In this document: positions 61,401 to 64,000 of the stretch, piece by piece
Layout of the letters: each line of letters starts with the position of its first letter
How positions within the stretch are numbered: position 1 is the stretch's first letter
Source: Nageia nagi
Lineage: Eukaryota > Plantae > Pinophyta
NCBI GenBank assembly: GCA_050084985.1
Contig: JBITNC010000001.1
Location: 202,058,001-202,122,000, forward strand
DNA: 64,000 nucleotides
Direction: 5' to 3'
Position numbers and translations under genes: made by a program
The notes under the pieces: generated by a model
Databases searched by the model: none
What the model was told of the DNA's origin: nothing
Seen by the model: the letters and a program-made list of their open reading frames with translations, nothing else

Positions 61401-61600
61401 TGCATCCAAAATACTCTAATCCACACACATTCCCCTGCACAACGAATGATAACAGTACAATAGTAGTAGAAGAACATTAATTCACATTCTATGAGCAATA
61501 TGAGAACCGAATATCATGAATAATAACCAAGAATAAGTATAGGATGTAACAAGTTCTAGGGCAAAGCCCAAGACTCCAAAAATGCACAACAAAAACTCCT
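58460..61600 (-). mobile_element. Non-autonomous Ty3/gypsy derivative: 5' LTR end at 61167, PBS, gag, then a long decayed non-pol ORF
   Basis: Minus-strand PBS TGGTATCAGAGT at 61165-61154 and a retrotransposon-gag peptide at 60658-60951. No RT, RNase H or integrase motifs were seen downstream. Confidence 0.7.
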
Positions 61601-61859
61601 AATGGGTCATTCAAGTCTCCAAGTAGCAAGAATGGTTGGCGCAAGTCTCTAGATAGCTCCTAAGGTCTAGCGCAAGGGCTAGAAGGTCCTCTAATGTTGG
61701 CGCAAGCTCTCCAAGTGTATGTAATTGCGAATGTGCCACTTCTAGGCTAGGGAGCAACCCTAGACCATAGAAGGAAGAGAGAGGAGCATCCCCAACTTCG
61801 AGATGATCCAAGATCGAATGCCAAATGATGGTTAAGTGGTGAATCTCTCTTCCTTTTAC

Positions 61860-64000
61860 AGGTGCCTTTACCTTGAAATCACCAATAATTTTTCCTTGAC
61901 AGTGATATTAGAACCCTGGTTTCCTGGGTGAACTTAAAAAGCCCATATCTCCCTCGTTCCTTGATGGAACCATGTCATGTGACTTGTTAAAACAATTTGT
62001 AGAAGATTCTCCATCTATTTCAAAAGACAAATTGGTGATCCAAGACTTGTGCCAAAAGCTACTCCTTCTACAAGGTTTCTCAAAATTGGGCATATTACAC
62101 AAATCATAGGCTTTATGAAAGAAGAAATTGAAAGGGCGCTTGCATGGACCAATGAAAGAATTGTGTACACCATAGTAGACTCCAATACATTCTATGATAA
62201 GGTGAAGCAATTGGTCAAGATGATAAGAGATTGGTTGTGTGATGATTGCAAGGATAATAAAGCTAAAGTGCTAATTCAGCCCAAGAGGGGAGACTTTTAC
62301 CCAACCATCTCCAAAATTGTCAGTATGCTATCCAAGGCCACAAAGAATTAAAGGGAAGAAGGAAGATGATGAGGATTTTAGATTAGGCTATAAAGGCCTT
62401 TGATGGATGTGTAGATTTCTATTTGGAGGACCTAGACTCATCTTACATCATGGTATATATGGTTTTAGAGAGGCTCCATACTGCTTACTCTGATATGCAA
62501 GTGACAGGCTGATTCTGATGGAGTTTTGTAGACATGTGTTATTCTTACATGACAAGGTATGGTGCAAGAAAGGCGCTACTACACACACTTTGCCAATCAC
62601 TATTGGAGAGTATGAGCACACCACTTGGCGTTAGATTTCATTCATGAAATGTGAATTGCAACTCCATTCATTTCAGGTAGAAAAGGGAGTGGAAAATTAT
62701 GATCTTGTAGGTAAAATTGATGAATTCTAGAGGAAAACTTTTAAATCCACCTCACTTCACCAATTTCTTAGGGATATAGAAAAATATAAAAATGTCATTG
62801 ATGAAGAACACATTCAAAATATACATGCTGAAATGGCAAGGAAGAAGAGAGAAATTGAAGAGGGTAGAAAAAAGAAGAAATCTCCATTGCAAGTAAGGAA
62901 ATCCCCACCAAGAACTTATATTGCCCCACTTATCTCACCATCTATAGCAATAAAACAAGGAAAAACATGCCAATATGCTACGATGAGTATTTCGGGGCAA
63001 GCTATCAGTGAAAGTGTTCAAGAATTAACTAGAAACCTTACGATCTTAAAAGAAGCTGGGGTTACATCATGTCCTCTCAAGGAACTTAAAAAGGCAGTGG
63101 TAGGTGCTCATCAATGCTTGAATCAAGATGGATTGCCTTACCTTTCTACTCCCATTCCACGACCATCTTCTAGTTCTAATGAGAATGAGAATGACCAAAG
63201 CAGTGACGAAGAGGATACTGCTAGTAAGATGGATGTGAGCACTGAGATAGATCAAGGTAATATTAATAATGGCATGGAGTTAGATTCATCATTAGAGGTC
63301 CTCATGGTCAATCATCCTGTGAAAGGAGTGGGTATACGAGGTGACTAGACATGCAAAATCAAAATTTTCTACACCTCAAAGAAAGAAAAGGATTCCCCTA
63401 CCGCAAAAGAAGGGTACAATGATAGTTCAAAGAGGAACACCTAGGACAAGGGGAATGACCTCTTCTTCATGTGAAAATGGAGGGGATAAAGACAATAAAG
63501 GAGAAGATGAAGAGTAGAGAAATAAAAGAAGACATGTTGAACACCAAGGCAAAAATGGCAAACAAGTGGTGACCTTTGAAGACACTCCATTGGAGGTAGC
63601 TCAAGCTTAAGAACAAAAAGACTAAAATTTGGACATGAATGCACTCTTAGCAAATTTGAGAGCATATCACCTAGGTGAAGCAAATGTTGGCACCTAAACA
63701 GACCGAGAAAAGGATGGAGAACCTGAGCAAGTTTGTGCTTATATCACTATGAAAGAGAAATTTGTTACAAATATAGTCTTCAACGGAAGGAAAAAAGGTT
63801 CAAATGGAGACTCGTCTCTACTAGTTGATACCAAAAAATCGCCTATAGGAAGGATTGGATTGTTGGGAAGGCAAAATGCAATTGTTACCAATGTTGTGGC
63901 TATGCAAGAAGAGGGATCCCAAAAGGATATAGAAATCAAGGAATTAAAGAAAGAGTTGGTTGTGAAAGTAGAGTTAGCAAGAGAGATTGAAGCTGCAAAT
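61860..64000 (+). pseudogene. LTR-borne gene copy 4 (copy-3 subfamily; internally deleted, runs off the window)
   Basis: IERALAWT...IRDWL...RGDFYP.ISK..SMLSK (62049-62351), [22 protein letters not shown] (~62493) and an S/E/D-rich linker (62833-63348). GGCGCAAG-type repeats lie upstream at 61638-61705. Confidence 0.8.

Noticed and set aside
51832-64000. Next mL45 exon (expected INxxxAxGDK...VTE-like peptide)
   Set aside because: Not found by eye; it probably lies beyond the window.
1-64000. tRNA/rRNA genes or organellar insertions
   Set aside because: None recognised. The only tRNA-related sequences are retrotransposon primer-binding sites.

Overview
Eukaryotic nuclear DNA from a large-genome land plant, most likely a gymnosperm (inferred from intron size and TE content). 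The window lies inside one + strand host gene, the Tim44-like mitoribosomal protein mL45/MRPL45. Six small exons (466 coding nt: 2958-3047, 3283-3353, 3820-3897, 15328-15409, 34022-34073, 51739-51831) are separated by introns of up to 18.6 kb, and the fourth exon has an apparent 1-nt frameshift. The introns hold decayed, nested retroelements: a full-length chromovirus with PBS, PPT and a perfect TSD, several Copia relics, a LINE relic, gag-only derivatives and three TSD-flanked solo LTRs. The most unusual signal is a family of TGTTG...AACA-ended LTR-like units. Four copies carry a large gene (~900-1000 codons where complete) with no gag, pol or env motifs, its own TATA box and a leader intron. 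In the best-resolved copies this gene appears to sit inside the LTR, between a U3 tandem array and the LTR's own TATA/R/U5. The arrays of four different members differ in period and sequence but keep an inverted GGCGC-N~40-GCGCC motif. This suggests an LTR-encoded trans factor with a cognate cis array, possibly for anti-silencing (hypothesis). All coordinates and similarities were read by eye; no searches were run.
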